DNA from: an uncultured Terracidiphilus sp.
GTDB taxonomy: Bacteria; Acidobacteriota; Terriglobia; Terriglobales; Acidobacteriaceae
Reading direction: 5' to 3'
DNA: 64,000 nucleotides
Assembly: GCA_964595345.1 (NCBI GenBank)
Contig: CAZQPY010000008.1
Location: 20,496 to 84,495 of the forward strand
Shown: positions 8,346-16,555 of the stretch, one piece after another
How positions within the stretch are numbered: position 1 is the stretch's first letter
Layout of the letters: each line of letters starts with the position of its first letter
Position numbers and translations under genes: made by a program
Notes under the pieces: model-generated
Told to the model about the DNA's origin: nothing
Seen by the model: the letters and a program-made list of their open reading frames with translations, nothing else
Databases searched by the model: none

Positions 8346-10028
8346 TCAGCGGCTCGCGGCCACCATCTGCGCGGCGTGTTGCAGGCTCGTCTCCGTCACA
8401 GTGGCCCCGCTCAGCATGCGCGCCACTTCGAGAGTGCGAGCTTCGTCGTCCAGCAGCCGCACCTGGGTCTTGGTCCTGCCGTTCGTCTCGCGCTTGTCGA
8501 TCAGGAAGTGCTGGTCGGCAAAGGCCGCAATCTGAGGCAGGTGGGTCACGCACAGGACTTGCTGACCGCGGCTGAGCGCTTTCAGCTTCTGCCCCACAGC
8601 TTCCGCGGCCCTGCCGCCGATGCCGATGTCGATTTCGTCAAACACCAGCGTGCGGGGCGTCGGAGATTTCGTTTTGGGCCTCATCGCACCCTCCTCCACA
8701 CTCACCTTCAGCGCCAGCATCACGCGGCTCATTTCGCCGCCCGATGCAATTTCGTGCAGCGGCTTCAGCGGTTCGCCGGGATTGGTCGAGATCCGGTATT
8801 CCACTTCATCCCATCCGGCCGCGCCCCAATGCGTACTTGCCTTCTGCGGATCGATGACCACCTCGAATTTCACCTTCATGGCCAGAGAGTTGATCTGAAG
8901 CTCGGCAATCCTGGCCAGCTTTGCGGCTGCCGCCTGGCGTTCCGCAGTCAGAGATGTGGCGGCGGCGCGGTATCCCGATTCAGCTTCTTCCAGTTCCTTG
9001 CGCAGCGTCTTCAGAATCTCGTCGCGATCCTCCACCTCGGCCAGCCTGCGGTCCACCTCTTCGCCGAATGCAATGACCTCCGCGATCGTGTGCCCATACT
9101 TGCGCTTCAGCCGGTCCAGCAACGCCAGCCGGTCTTCCAGTTCGGCCAGCCTCTCGGGTGAAGCATTGATCCCTTCGGCATAATCGCGAAGGCTGCTGCT
9201 CACGTCGCCCAGCGTTGCCCGCGCCGAGTGAAGCTGCTGCACGGCATCGGCAAAGCGGTTGTCGTAACGCGCCAGTTCTTCCACATTGCGCAACGCCGCC
9301 CGCAAACTCACTTCGGCCGAGGAACTTCCTTCGTACAAATGCTCAAAGCCTCCCATCGCCGCGGCATAGAGTTTTTCCGCATTGGCAAGAACCCGTTTTT
9401 CCGTCTCCATCGCTTCGTCTTCGCCATCGATCAGGCGCGCCGATGCAATCTCCTTGCTCTGATAGCTCCACAGATCCACCATGCGCAGCCGGTCCTGCTC
9501 GCCTTGCAGCAAATCATCAACCTTGGCCCGGCTTGCATGCCAACGGGAGTGCGCTGCACTTGTGGCATCCAGAGACAGCCCCGCAAACCGGTCCAGCAGA
9601 ATGCGCTGCTGATTCTGGTCGAAACTGGTCAGCGTCTCCGTCTGGGCATGAACCAGCGCCAATTCCGGCGCCAACTGCTTCAGCACCGTCACCGTTGCCG
9701 GCTGGTTGTTCACAAAAACCCGTCCCTTGCCCGTGGAGAGGATCTCGCGCCGCAGGATGATCTCCGTGCCTTCCGCGTCGATCCCGTTTTCTTCCAGCAC
9801 CGCCTCGGCGCCGGCGGTGGTCTCAAAAACGCACGAAACAACCGCCTTGTCGGCGCCATGACGCACAATTTCCGCCGAGCTCTTGCCGCCCATCAGCAGC
9901 GAAAGCGCATCGACTAGAATCGACTTGCCCGCGCCGGTCTCGCCGGTGAGCAGGTTGAGGCCGGGGCCAAAGACGGCTATGGCGTGATCGATGACGGCGT
10001 AATTTTCAGCGCGCAACTCGACTAGCAT
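8346..10028 (-). CDS. recN: DNA repair protein RecN
   Basis: ATG at 10028 (MLVELRAENYAVID). Walker A GETGAGKS, a long coiled-coil middle, and C-terminal ASGGEMSRVMLALK and LVFDEIDIGIGG. The upstream extension of the track ORF is rejected. Confidence 0.9.
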   Translation of the reverse strand: MLVELRAENYAVIDHAIAVFGPGLNLLTGETGAGKSILVDALSLLMGGKSSAEIVRHGADKAVVSCVFETTAGAEAVLEENGIDAEGTEIILRREILSTGKGRVFVNNQPATVTVLKQLAPELALVHAQTETLTSFDQNQQRILLDRFAGLSLDATSAAHSRWHASRAKVDDLLQGEQDRLRMVDLWSYQSKEIASARLIDGEDEAMETEKRVLANAEKLYAAAMGGFEHLYEGSSSAEVSLRAALRNVEELARYDNRFADAVQQLHSARATLGDVSSSLRDYAEGINASPERLAELEDRLALLDRLKRKYGHTIAEVIAFGEEVDRRLAEVEDRDEILKTLRKELEEAESGYRAAATSLTAERQAAAAKLARIAELQINSLAMKVKFEVVIDPQKASTHWGAAGWDEVEYRISTNPGEPLKPLHEIASGGEMSRVMLALKVSVEEGAMRPKTKSPTPRTLVFDEIDIGIGGRAAEAVGQKLKALSRGQQVLCVTHLPQIAAFADQHFLIDKRETNGRTKTQVRLLDDEARTLEVARMLSGATVTETSLQHAAQMVAASR

Positions 10029-10158
10029 TTGAATTCCGTTTTCCGATGACTGCGGGCTCGCCTTCGCAGGGGCCGGGTTAGATTGAGGGTCTTCCTCCTC
10101 GCGGAAAGATGTAAGAGGAGTAGACAGTGCGACCTTGTAGTCCGTTTTCGTATTCCGT

Positions 10159-10186
10159 TTTCGGGATGCTTCGAAGCATACCGAAA
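10159..10186. promoter_or_regulatory. 28-bp near-perfect palindrome in the recN/tolQ divergent region (candidate operator)
   Basis: TTTCGGGATGCTTCGAAGCATACCGAAA. The core ATGCTTCGAAGCAT (10166-10179) is perfect, and the arms have one mismatched pair. Confidence 0.3.
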
Positions 10187-10337
10187 CTTCTGCAATCCGA
10201 GCGCAGCATAGCATGATTGGCAAGACTTGCGGTCTCGGCGTTCGCTCGGCCCGGCCCGGGGGCACCAGATCAATCACCCGCCAGGACCCCCTGCCGCTTG
10301 GAAGAGGGCAACGGGTCTGCTACCGTTAAAGACTGAG

Positions 10338-11150
10338 GTGAGGACGATTTTGACTGCTGCCTTCGTATTGCTCCTGCAGGCCGACAGCGGCGCCAGTGCC
10401 CCCGTAACGCCGCTCGGCTCCAGTGCGCTGGTGGAAATGGTGTCGAATAGCGGCCCAGTGGCGCTCGGCGTTCTCGCGTTGCTGCTGGTCGCCAGCATCT
10501 ATTCCTGGACTGTAATCTTCAGCAAGGTTTCCGCCTTCAGCCGCGCCACCGCACAGAGCCGGCGCTTTGTTCGAGCATTTCGCAAAGCCACCCGCCTGCA
10601 GGAAATTGCCGCTCTTACCGCCGAAAACAAATTCAGCCCGCTTGCACAGGTCTTCGTCGAGGTTTACGAGACCTACAAGCGGCAGACAGGCGGGGCTGGT
10701 CCGCCGCGGAATCTCGTTCCTCTCGAGCGCTCTGCGCTCACTGCGGGCAGCGAGGCGGTTACCACGCTGGAACGGCGTCTCACCTGGCTGGCCACCATCG
10801 CCACTGTCGCCCCCTTCGTCGGGCTCTTCGGAACTGTCTGGGGTATCGTGGACGCATTCCATGGTCTCGGCACCGCCGGTTCTGCAACCCTGCGCGCCGT
10901 CGCCCCGGGCATCTCCGAGGCGTTGATCACCACCGCCGCAGGCCTGTTTGTAGCCATTCCCGCTTTGATTGCCTACAACCAGTTCACCGGGCGGATCCGG
11001 GTGTTTGCCGCCGCCATCGACGACTTCAGCCGCGAATTGCTCAACTCACTCGAAGAGATTCCCGCGCGTGCACCCGCTCCGCGCCCCGCTGGCGCCGATC
11101 CGCGTGGCCCCGAGGCCACCCGGGAGGTGGAACGTGGCCTTTACAAGTAA
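10338..11150 (+). CDS. tolQ: Tol-Pal system protein TolQ (MotA/TolQ/ExbB proton channel)
   Basis: Motif TIATVAPFVGLFGTVWGIVDAF...ISEALITTAAGLFVAIPALIAYN. Start is GTG 10338 or TTG 10350, downstream of GAGG; the start is uncertain. Confidence 0.85.
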   Translation: MRTILTAAFVLLLQADSGASAPVTPLGSSALVEMVSNSGPVALGVLALLLVASIYSWTVIFSKVSAFSRATAQSRRFVRAFRKATRLQEIAALTAENKFSPLAQVFVEVYETYKRQTGGAGPPRNLVPLERSALTAGSEAVTTLERRLTWLATIATVAPFVGLFGTVWGIVDAFHGLGTAGSATLRAVAPGISEALITTAAGLFVAIPALIAYNQFTGRIRVFAAAIDDFSRELLNSLEEIPARAPAPRPAGADPRGPEATREVERGLYK

Positions 11151-11571
11151 ATCCGGACAGACCAGGACCTCGTTGGCGGAGATCAATGTAACGCCGCTGG
11201 TCGATGTGGTGCTGGTGCTGCTGATCATCTTCATGATCACAGCGCCTGTCCTGCAATCCGGAATTGAGGTCAACGTCCCCAAGACGCGCACCGTCAAGGA
11301 AATCACCGAGCAGCGGCTGGTGGTCACCATCAACCGTGCGCAGCAAATTTACCTGGGCGATGAGCCGGTGAACGTACATCAGTTGGGTCAAAAACTGCGT
11401 CAGCACGGCGGGGATCCCGAGCACGAGACCATCTACCTGCGCGCCGACGAACGGGTGCCCTTTGGGGCCTTCGCCACGGTGATGGACGCCGTCAAGCAGG
11501 CCGGCATCACCAACATCTCCATCGTTACCCAGCCCCTGGAAGCAAAAGCCGGCGCCGGCGGCGGAGAGTAG
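11134..11571 (+). CDS. tolR: Tol-Pal system protein TolR (ExbD/TolR family)
   Basis: GTG 11134 after GGGAGGTGG. EINVTPLVDVVLVLLIIFMITAP is the ExbD/TolR TM signature. Overlaps the tolQ end by 17 nt. Confidence 0.85.
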   Translation: MAFTSKSGQTRTSLAEINVTPLVDVVLVLLIIFMITAPVLQSGIEVNVPKTRTVKEITEQRLVVTINRAQQIYLGDEPVNVHQLGQKLRQHGGDPEHETIYLRADERVPFGAFATVMDAVKQAGITNISIVTQPLEAKAGAGGGE

Positions 11572-11636
11572 ATGGGCACTCGTGCGCTGCGTCTGGACCA
11601 GCTGAAACCTGCTTGCACCACGAAATCGGAACAACG

Positions 11637-12431
11637 ATGACCAGTCTGCTGGAAGGCGACAACCAACTCGAACAGGAACTGACCCCCGAGCCAATTCTGG
11701 CGTCGGCAACGGGGGCTATTTTCCTGCATGGAGCGCTGGCCGGCGGAATCATCTTGTACGGCGTCCTGGGCGGGTTCTTCCATCACAATTTCTGGGGCAG
11801 CAAGGAGGTCGGCGGAGCCATCCAGGTAAGCCTCGTCTCCAGCGCGCTTCCCTTGCCTTCCGATCAGCCTCCGAATGAGAATGTGCTCTCCACCGAGACC
11901 CCCAGCGAGGCCCCCGCGGAGCAGGCTCCCAAGACCAAACAGGCAGTGGATCAGACCGCCATCGCCATTCTCGGCAAACCCAAACCCAAGCAGCAGGAGA
12001 CTGCGGTGAGGACTCCGCCGCACGCCCCCGTGCCGCAACAGGACAACCGCGCCCAATACGGCGAGCAGGCGGGCAGTTCCACACCAAAATCGCTGCCGCA
12101 GCAGACTGCTACCAACGGGCCTGTCACCGTTTCCGACAGCGATTTTGGAACCCGCTTCGGATGGTACGTCGACGGCATCAATCGCAAAATGGCCACCAGT
12201 TGGGACAAACGCGAAGTCGATTCGAAGACGCCCAAGGGTACCCGTGTTTACCTCATCTTCACCGTTCACCGGGATGGCTCGCCAACCGATGTGCAGATCG
12301 ATCGCGCCAGCCCCAGTAGCACATTGAATAACTCCTGTCGGCGCGGAGTGCAACGCGTGGATACCTTCGGGCAACTTCCATCGTCTTATAATCAGAGTAC
12401 GTTGAAGGTCTCCTACTACTGCGAGTATTAG
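11637..12431 (+). CDS. tolA: TonB C-terminal-domain protein in the TolA position
   Basis: One N-terminal TM helix (AIFLHGALAGGIILYGVLGG), a Pro/Gln-rich linker, and a C-terminal TonB-like fold (VYLIFTVHRDGSPTDVQIDRAS). Start is ATG 11637 or TTG 11613. Confidence 0.65.
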   Translation: MTSLLEGDNQLEQELTPEPILASATGAIFLHGALAGGIILYGVLGGFFHHNFWGSKEVGGAIQVSLVSSALPLPSDQPPNENVLSTETPSEAPAEQAPKTKQAVDQTAIAILGKPKPKQQETAVRTPPHAPVPQQDNRAQYGEQAGSSTPKSLPQQTATNGPVTVSDSDFGTRFGWYVDGINRKMATSWDKREVDSKTPKGTRVYLIFTVHRDGSPTDVQIDRASPSSTLNNSCRRGVQRVDTFGQLPSSYNQSTLKVSYYCEY

Positions 12432-12533
12432 CCAACTGCGGTGGGTTGGCTCGAATGCGTCGCAAAGATGTGACACGAAGCATTGGGGTGAGATGTAGAT
12501 TATCCCGGCATAGCAGGAAGGATTGCAGATCGC

Positions 12534-13880
12534 ATGAGATTCTTTTCCCGGATTCTACCGCTTTCGATTCTCTTTTTTACCCTCGTTTCCACTGCCTCTG
12601 TACGCGCTCAGGATTGGGTGCACACCGGTACAAACCTGGGCAACGAACGCATCCGGCTCGCTGCCGCCGACTTTAAGCCGCTGGGCAGCGACCCGCAACT
12701 GGCTGCCTTCAAGAACGCCTTCGATTCCACGCTCAACAACGATCTGGGCAGCGCGGGCATCTTTGATATGGTCCCCAAGAGCCTTTCTCCCCAGGCAGAG
12801 CCAGGAACGCCGCAGGAGGTCCTTCTCGACCAGTGGTCTTCGAGCCCTGCCAACGCCATGATGCTGGCCTTTGGATCGTTCTCCGCAGGCAATGGACGGC
12901 TGGCTGTTTCCGCGTGGCTTTACGAAACTCATAACTCCGCCAATCCGCAGGTTATTGCCCGCACTTATAGCGAAGAGGCCAGTCAGGACTCCGCGCGCAC
13001 CATTGCCCATCGCTTCGCCGACGAAATCATCAAGCTCCTCGGGGGCGGAATCGGCGGCATTGCCGAAACCAAAATCTATTTCGTTAGCTCCCGGTCCGGT
13101 TCCAAGGAAGTCTGGTCCATGGACTACGACGGCCAGAACCAGCATCAGGTCACTCATCTGGCCAGTATCTCCATCTCGCCCCACGTCTCTCCCGACAATT
13201 CCAGGATCGCCTTTTCCTCGCTCGGCCATGACGGCTGGTCGGTGCGCATGTATTCGCTGGACCTTGACCGCACCGTTAACTTTCCGGCAGGAACGGCCGG
13301 AGGCGCGAATCTCTCCCCGGCGTGGAGCGCCGACGGCCAGAAGCTGGCCTTCTCCTCTGCTCGCTCGGGCGACTCCGCAATTTGGGTCTCCGATGTCAGC
13401 GGTGCAAATCTGAAAAAGCTCACCAACATCGCTGGGCCGGCGGTCTCCCCCTCCTGGAATCCCCGCACCAACGCGCAGATCGCCTGGGTCAGCGGCCAAA
13501 GCGGCCTGCCGCAGATCTACACCATCGATCTGGACGGCGCCAATATTCAGCGGATGACCGATGGCGGCTACGCTGTCTCCCCTTCCTGGGCGCCCAACGG
13601 GCAGTTCCTCACCTTCAGTTGGAACCGCAAATATGGGCCCGGAGCGCCGGGCGGCCAAGACATCTACGTGATGGATATCGCCAGCAAACGCTGGCTGCAA
13701 TTGACCCACGACGCGGGCAGCAACGATTACCCCTTCTGGGCGCCCGATGGACGCCACATTGTCTTTCAGCGCGAGATTAGCGGAAAAGCCGAGATCTGGT
13801 CGATGCTGGCCGATGGCACCGAGCAGCGCCAGCTGACCCGCACCGGCAACAATTTCCAGCCCGATTGGAGCTGGAAGTAA
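12534..13880 (+). CDS. tolB: Tol-Pal system beta-propeller protein TolB
   Basis: Signal peptide, then repeated SPxWSPDG-type blades (SPHVSPDNSRIAF, SPAWSADGQKLAF, SPSWAPNGQFLTF, PFWAPDGRHIVF). Confidence 0.9.
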   Translation: MRFFSRILPLSILFFTLVSTASVRAQDWVHTGTNLGNERIRLAAADFKPLGSDPQLAAFKNAFDSTLNNDLGSAGIFDMVPKSLSPQAEPGTPQEVLLDQWSSSPANAMMLAFGSFSAGNGRLAVSAWLYETHNSANPQVIARTYSEEASQDSARTIAHRFADEIIKLLGGGIGGIAETKIYFVSSRSGSKEVWSMDYDGQNQHQVTHLASISISPHVSPDNSRIAFSSLGHDGWSVRMYSLDLDRTVNFPAGTAGGANLSPAWSADGQKLAFSSARSGDSAIWVSDVSGANLKKLTNIAGPAVSPSWNPRTNAQIAWVSGQSGLPQIYTIDLDGANIQRMTDGGYAVSPSWAPNGQFLTFSWNRKYGPGAPGGQDIYVMDIASKRWLQLTHDAGSNDYPFWAPDGRHIVFQREISGKAEIWSMLADGTEQRQLTRTGNNFQPDWSWK

Positions 13881-14213
13881 GCCGGAGTGAGCAACTTGAT
13901 ACAGATGGAGAAAAGCGCTCCTGTGGACTATTATGGTTACGTCGCCGGGAACATTCGCGGCATGTTCTTAACAGGTTGAGGCTTCACGCCGAGTCGCTTT
14001 CGCGGTTTTCGCATTCCGGACCGGTCGGGATCGCCTCAGCCAAGTCATCAACACTTTCTGGGAGAATCCGGACCAGGACAGATAGTTTCATCCCGCTCAG
14101 TTTCATTCCGCCGCCCGGAAATTGCGTGCGGAGGTGAATTACCCGCTGAAGAACGGGAGAAGATCCGGACCGATTGTTCTCGCAGATATTTGCTTTTAAG
14201 AAGGAGAAACTCA

Positions 14214-14966
14214 TTGAACCGACGTACTCGTAATTGGATACCGATTGTTGGCCTCGTCGTTTTGGTTGCTTTCGCTGGTTGCAAGAAGAAATCGCAACCA
14301 ATGGCCCCCTCATCTGAGATGGCCCCTCCTGCCGCCGCCGCGCCCGTGCAGGCACCCGTCGCACAACTCACGGCCACGCCGACCGTCATCTCCGCCGGCG
14401 ACCAGGTGCAGCTCTCCTGGCGCACCAGCGATGCCAGCCATGTTTCCATCGACGGCATCGGCGATGTCCCCACCGTCGGCGTCAGGACCGTCAATCCGAC
14501 CGAATCCACCACCTATCATCTGGTCGCTCGCGGAGAAGGTGGTTCTGCCGATGCCAGCGCGCGCGTCACCGTGAATCCTCCGCCAGCCGTAGCCGTGCCG
14601 GTCAGCAGCCTCAGCGCGGAAGAGATCTTCAAGTCCAACGTCCAGGACATCTTCTTCGACTACGACACCTACACCATCCGCCCTGAAGCGCAGACTATTC
14701 TCGAGCGTAACGCAGCATTCCTGGCCAAGAATCCCGACGTCAAGATCGTCATCGGCGGGTATTGCGACGAGCGCGGTTCCAACGACTACAACCTGGCTCT
14801 CGGGAACAATCGCGCCGACGCGGCGAAGAACGCACTGGTCACCGCCGGCGTTGCCGCCTCCCGGATCCGCGTCATCAGCTACGGAAAGGAAAAGCCTTTC
14901 TGCACTGAATCAACCGAGGAATGCTGGCAGCAGAACCGCCGCGACGGCTTCACGATCGAGCACTAG
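14214..14966 (+). CDS. pal: peptidoglycan-associated lipoprotein Pal (OmpA-like) with an extra N-terminal domain
   Basis: TTG 14214 lies 7 nt after AAGGAG. Lipobox AFAGC. C-terminal OmpA-like domain: FDYDTYTIRPEA...GYCDERGSNDYNLALGNNRA...ISYGKEKP. Confidence 0.9.
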   Translation: MNRRTRNWIPIVGLVVLVAFAGCKKKSQPMAPSSEMAPPAAAAPVQAPVAQLTATPTVISAGDQVQLSWRTSDASHVSIDGIGDVPTVGVRTVNPTESTTYHLVARGEGGSADASARVTVNPPPAVAVPVSSLSAEEIFKSNVQDIFFDYDTYTIRPEAQTILERNAAFLAKNPDVKIVIGGYCDERGSNDYNLALGNNRADAAKNALVTAGVAASRIRVISYGKEKPFCTESTEECWQQNRRDGFTIEH

Positions 14967-15133
14967 GGCAGCGAGCACTCGGATCATCGTATTTGCAAGG
15001 CAGTGAAGGCCGAAGTTGGCCAGAAGATCCGATTTCAGGGGTCGGCGAAGACTGGCCGGCACACAACATGAGCTGACGCGGCAGTCCGGCCAACCAGACG
15101 GGCTGCCGCTCGTTTCTTCCCTAAAGGTGAAAG

Positions 15134-16108
15134 ATGCAGATGCCTCGTAAACTTCCAAATCGTCTCTTCGCAGCAACTGTGCTGGTTCTGCTCCTCTTCT
15201 CTGCGCCCCGGCCGGCACATGCACTCAACAAGGACATGGTCGAACTGCAGACCCAGGTGCAGCAGCTGCTCGATATGGTGCGCAACCTGCAATCCACCAT
15301 GGACACCCGTTTGGGCGTAGTGCAGCATCTGGCCGAACAAACCGCGGATGACGCCAACCGAGTCACGGCTGCGGTGAACACCCTGCAGCAGAAGCTCAAT
15401 GCGCAGAGCGATTCCGTCAATGGCAAGCTCGACACCGCCTCGGGTCAGGTGCAGTCGCTCAACGACTCGGTAGATGAGTTGAAATCCCGCATCAATAAGC
15501 TCGACAAGGTGCTTCAGGACCTCCAGACACAGCTCCAGAGCATGCAGAACGCCAGCGGCGGCGCAACAGCCCCCGGAACCACTCCCGCTCCTGCGGTATC
15601 TCCCGCTCCTGCGACCACGCAGCCCGCAAGCAAACCGTCCGCTGGAATCCCGGAAGCTGCCAACCAAGCCCAGCAGCCGGTGCCCGGTCCGGCGGACCAG
15701 GGAAACAGTCAAGCCCCGCCGCTCCAGGAGACATTTCAGTCAGGCGTCCGCGATTACAACGCCGCCAAATACGACGTGGCCGCCGGTGAGTTCATGGACG
15801 TGATCCACTACTACCCCCTCGACGACCTTTCCGGCAGCGCACAGTTCTATCTCGGTGAGATCGCCTATCGGCATCTGAATTACGCCGACGCCGTCAAGTC
15901 CTACAACGCAGTGATCGAAGGCTTCAGCGGCTGCCCCAAGGCCCCCGCGGCCCAGCTCCGCAAGGGCTTCGCTCTCATCATGATGAATAAAAAGGAATCC
16001 GGCATCCACGAGCTCCGGCTGCTCATTCAGCGTCACCCCCAGACCTCTGAAGCAGCCCAGGCAAGAACGAAGCTGAAGAGCATGAATGTCCCTGTCGCGG
16101 CACGCTAG
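15134..16108 (+). CDS. cpoB: Tol-Pal system protein CpoB/YbgF
   Basis: Signal peptide, an N-terminal coiled coil (VELQTQVQQLLDMVRNLQ), a Pro/Ala linker and a C-terminal TPR-like domain. It is the last gene of the tol-pal cluster. Confidence 0.8.
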   Translation: MQMPRKLPNRLFAATVLVLLLFSAPRPAHALNKDMVELQTQVQQLLDMVRNLQSTMDTRLGVVQHLAEQTADDANRVTAAVNTLQQKLNAQSDSVNGKLDTASGQVQSLNDSVDELKSRINKLDKVLQDLQTQLQSMQNASGGATAPGTTPAPAVSPAPATTQPASKPSAGIPEAANQAQQPVPGPADQGNSQAPPLQETFQSGVRDYNAAKYDVAAGEFMDVIHYYPLDDLSGSAQFYLGEIAYRHLNYADAVKSYNAVIEGFSGCPKAPAAQLRKGFALIMMNKKESGIHELRLLIQRHPQTSEAAQARTKLKSMNVPVAAR

Positions 16109-16133
16109 AGCGCTTCCACAATACACGCTCTTT
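16107..16133 (+). terminator. weak hairpin after cpoB
   Basis: AGAGCG-N13-CGCTCT followed by TT. The stem is short, so support is weak. Confidence 0.3.
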
Positions 16134-16555
16134 GCGGTTCTTCGAAAGGTGGCTTTTCCTCATGAACGAGGACACTTTAGATCCTCGGTTCCGGGACACA
16201 GCGACTGTGGAGCCGCTTTAGCCGATCCTGGCGTCTTAAGGTGCTGAAAACCATAGGCAGGCTGACGGACTTCCCTGGGTAATTCGCGGACCTTCAATGC
16301 AGATATCCCTCGGACCGCAGTTTTGCTTACAGCACCCTTCTGATTCCGCCTCGGGGCGGACGCCCTTGCTGCGCGGCTGGCAGTTCTCACCGTGAAGCCC
16401 TGCACTTGGACTCGAACCTCCAAGTCTTCGAAGCCACCACAGCCACTTTGCTCTCACTTACGCGCTACGCGCCATACTTGGTGCAAAACGCAAAAGCCCC
16501 ATCGCAAATTCGCGACGGGACTCTTCATCTTGGCGTATGGCTATTCTCTCCTCAA

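Noticed and set aside
8307-9161. A 284-aa plus-strand ORF inside recN.
   Set aside because: It is a shadow ORF opposite a gene with clear RecN motifs, and its composition is Arg/Leu/His-rich and implausible. The same reasoning rejects 12555-13757 (opposite tolB), 20054-20908 (opposite prfB), 25106-26209 (opposite the permease), 39652-40623 (opposite purB), 51606-52682 (opposite the DHS-like gene) and 59652-60446 (opposite hutF).
10029-10277. An N-terminal extension of recN (track ORF to 10277).
   Set aside because: RecN homologues start at MLxxLxIxNxAxI, which corresponds to ATG 10028. The extension has no similarity to anything and crosses the divergent promoter region.
13904-13978. A 24-codon ATG ORF in the tolB-pal spacer.
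   Set aside because: It has no SD-like sequence upstream and is very short, so nothing supports it from the sequence alone.
16405-16424. A tRNA T-arm-like string (minus strand GGTTCGAGTCC), suggesting a tRNA or tmRNA gene.
   Set aside because: The hairpin is CTTGGA-N8-TCCAAG, a 6-bp stem with an 8-nt loop rather than 5 bp and 7 nt. No complementary acceptor stem, D-arm or anticodon arm could be built within 90 nt on either side, and there is no CCA end. At most it is a remnant.
16109-16555. RNase P RNA, tmRNA or SRP RNA in the convergent spacer.
   Set aside because: The partial look-alikes (GGGAAGTCCG, GAAGGGTGCTGTAAGC, GGGGCTTTTGCG) are in the wrong order and spacing for RNase P P4/CR-II. 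There is no tag-peptide frame ending in Ala-Ala-stop, and no GGAA-tetraloop SRP domain IV. The region is kept only as an unclassified ncRNA candidate.
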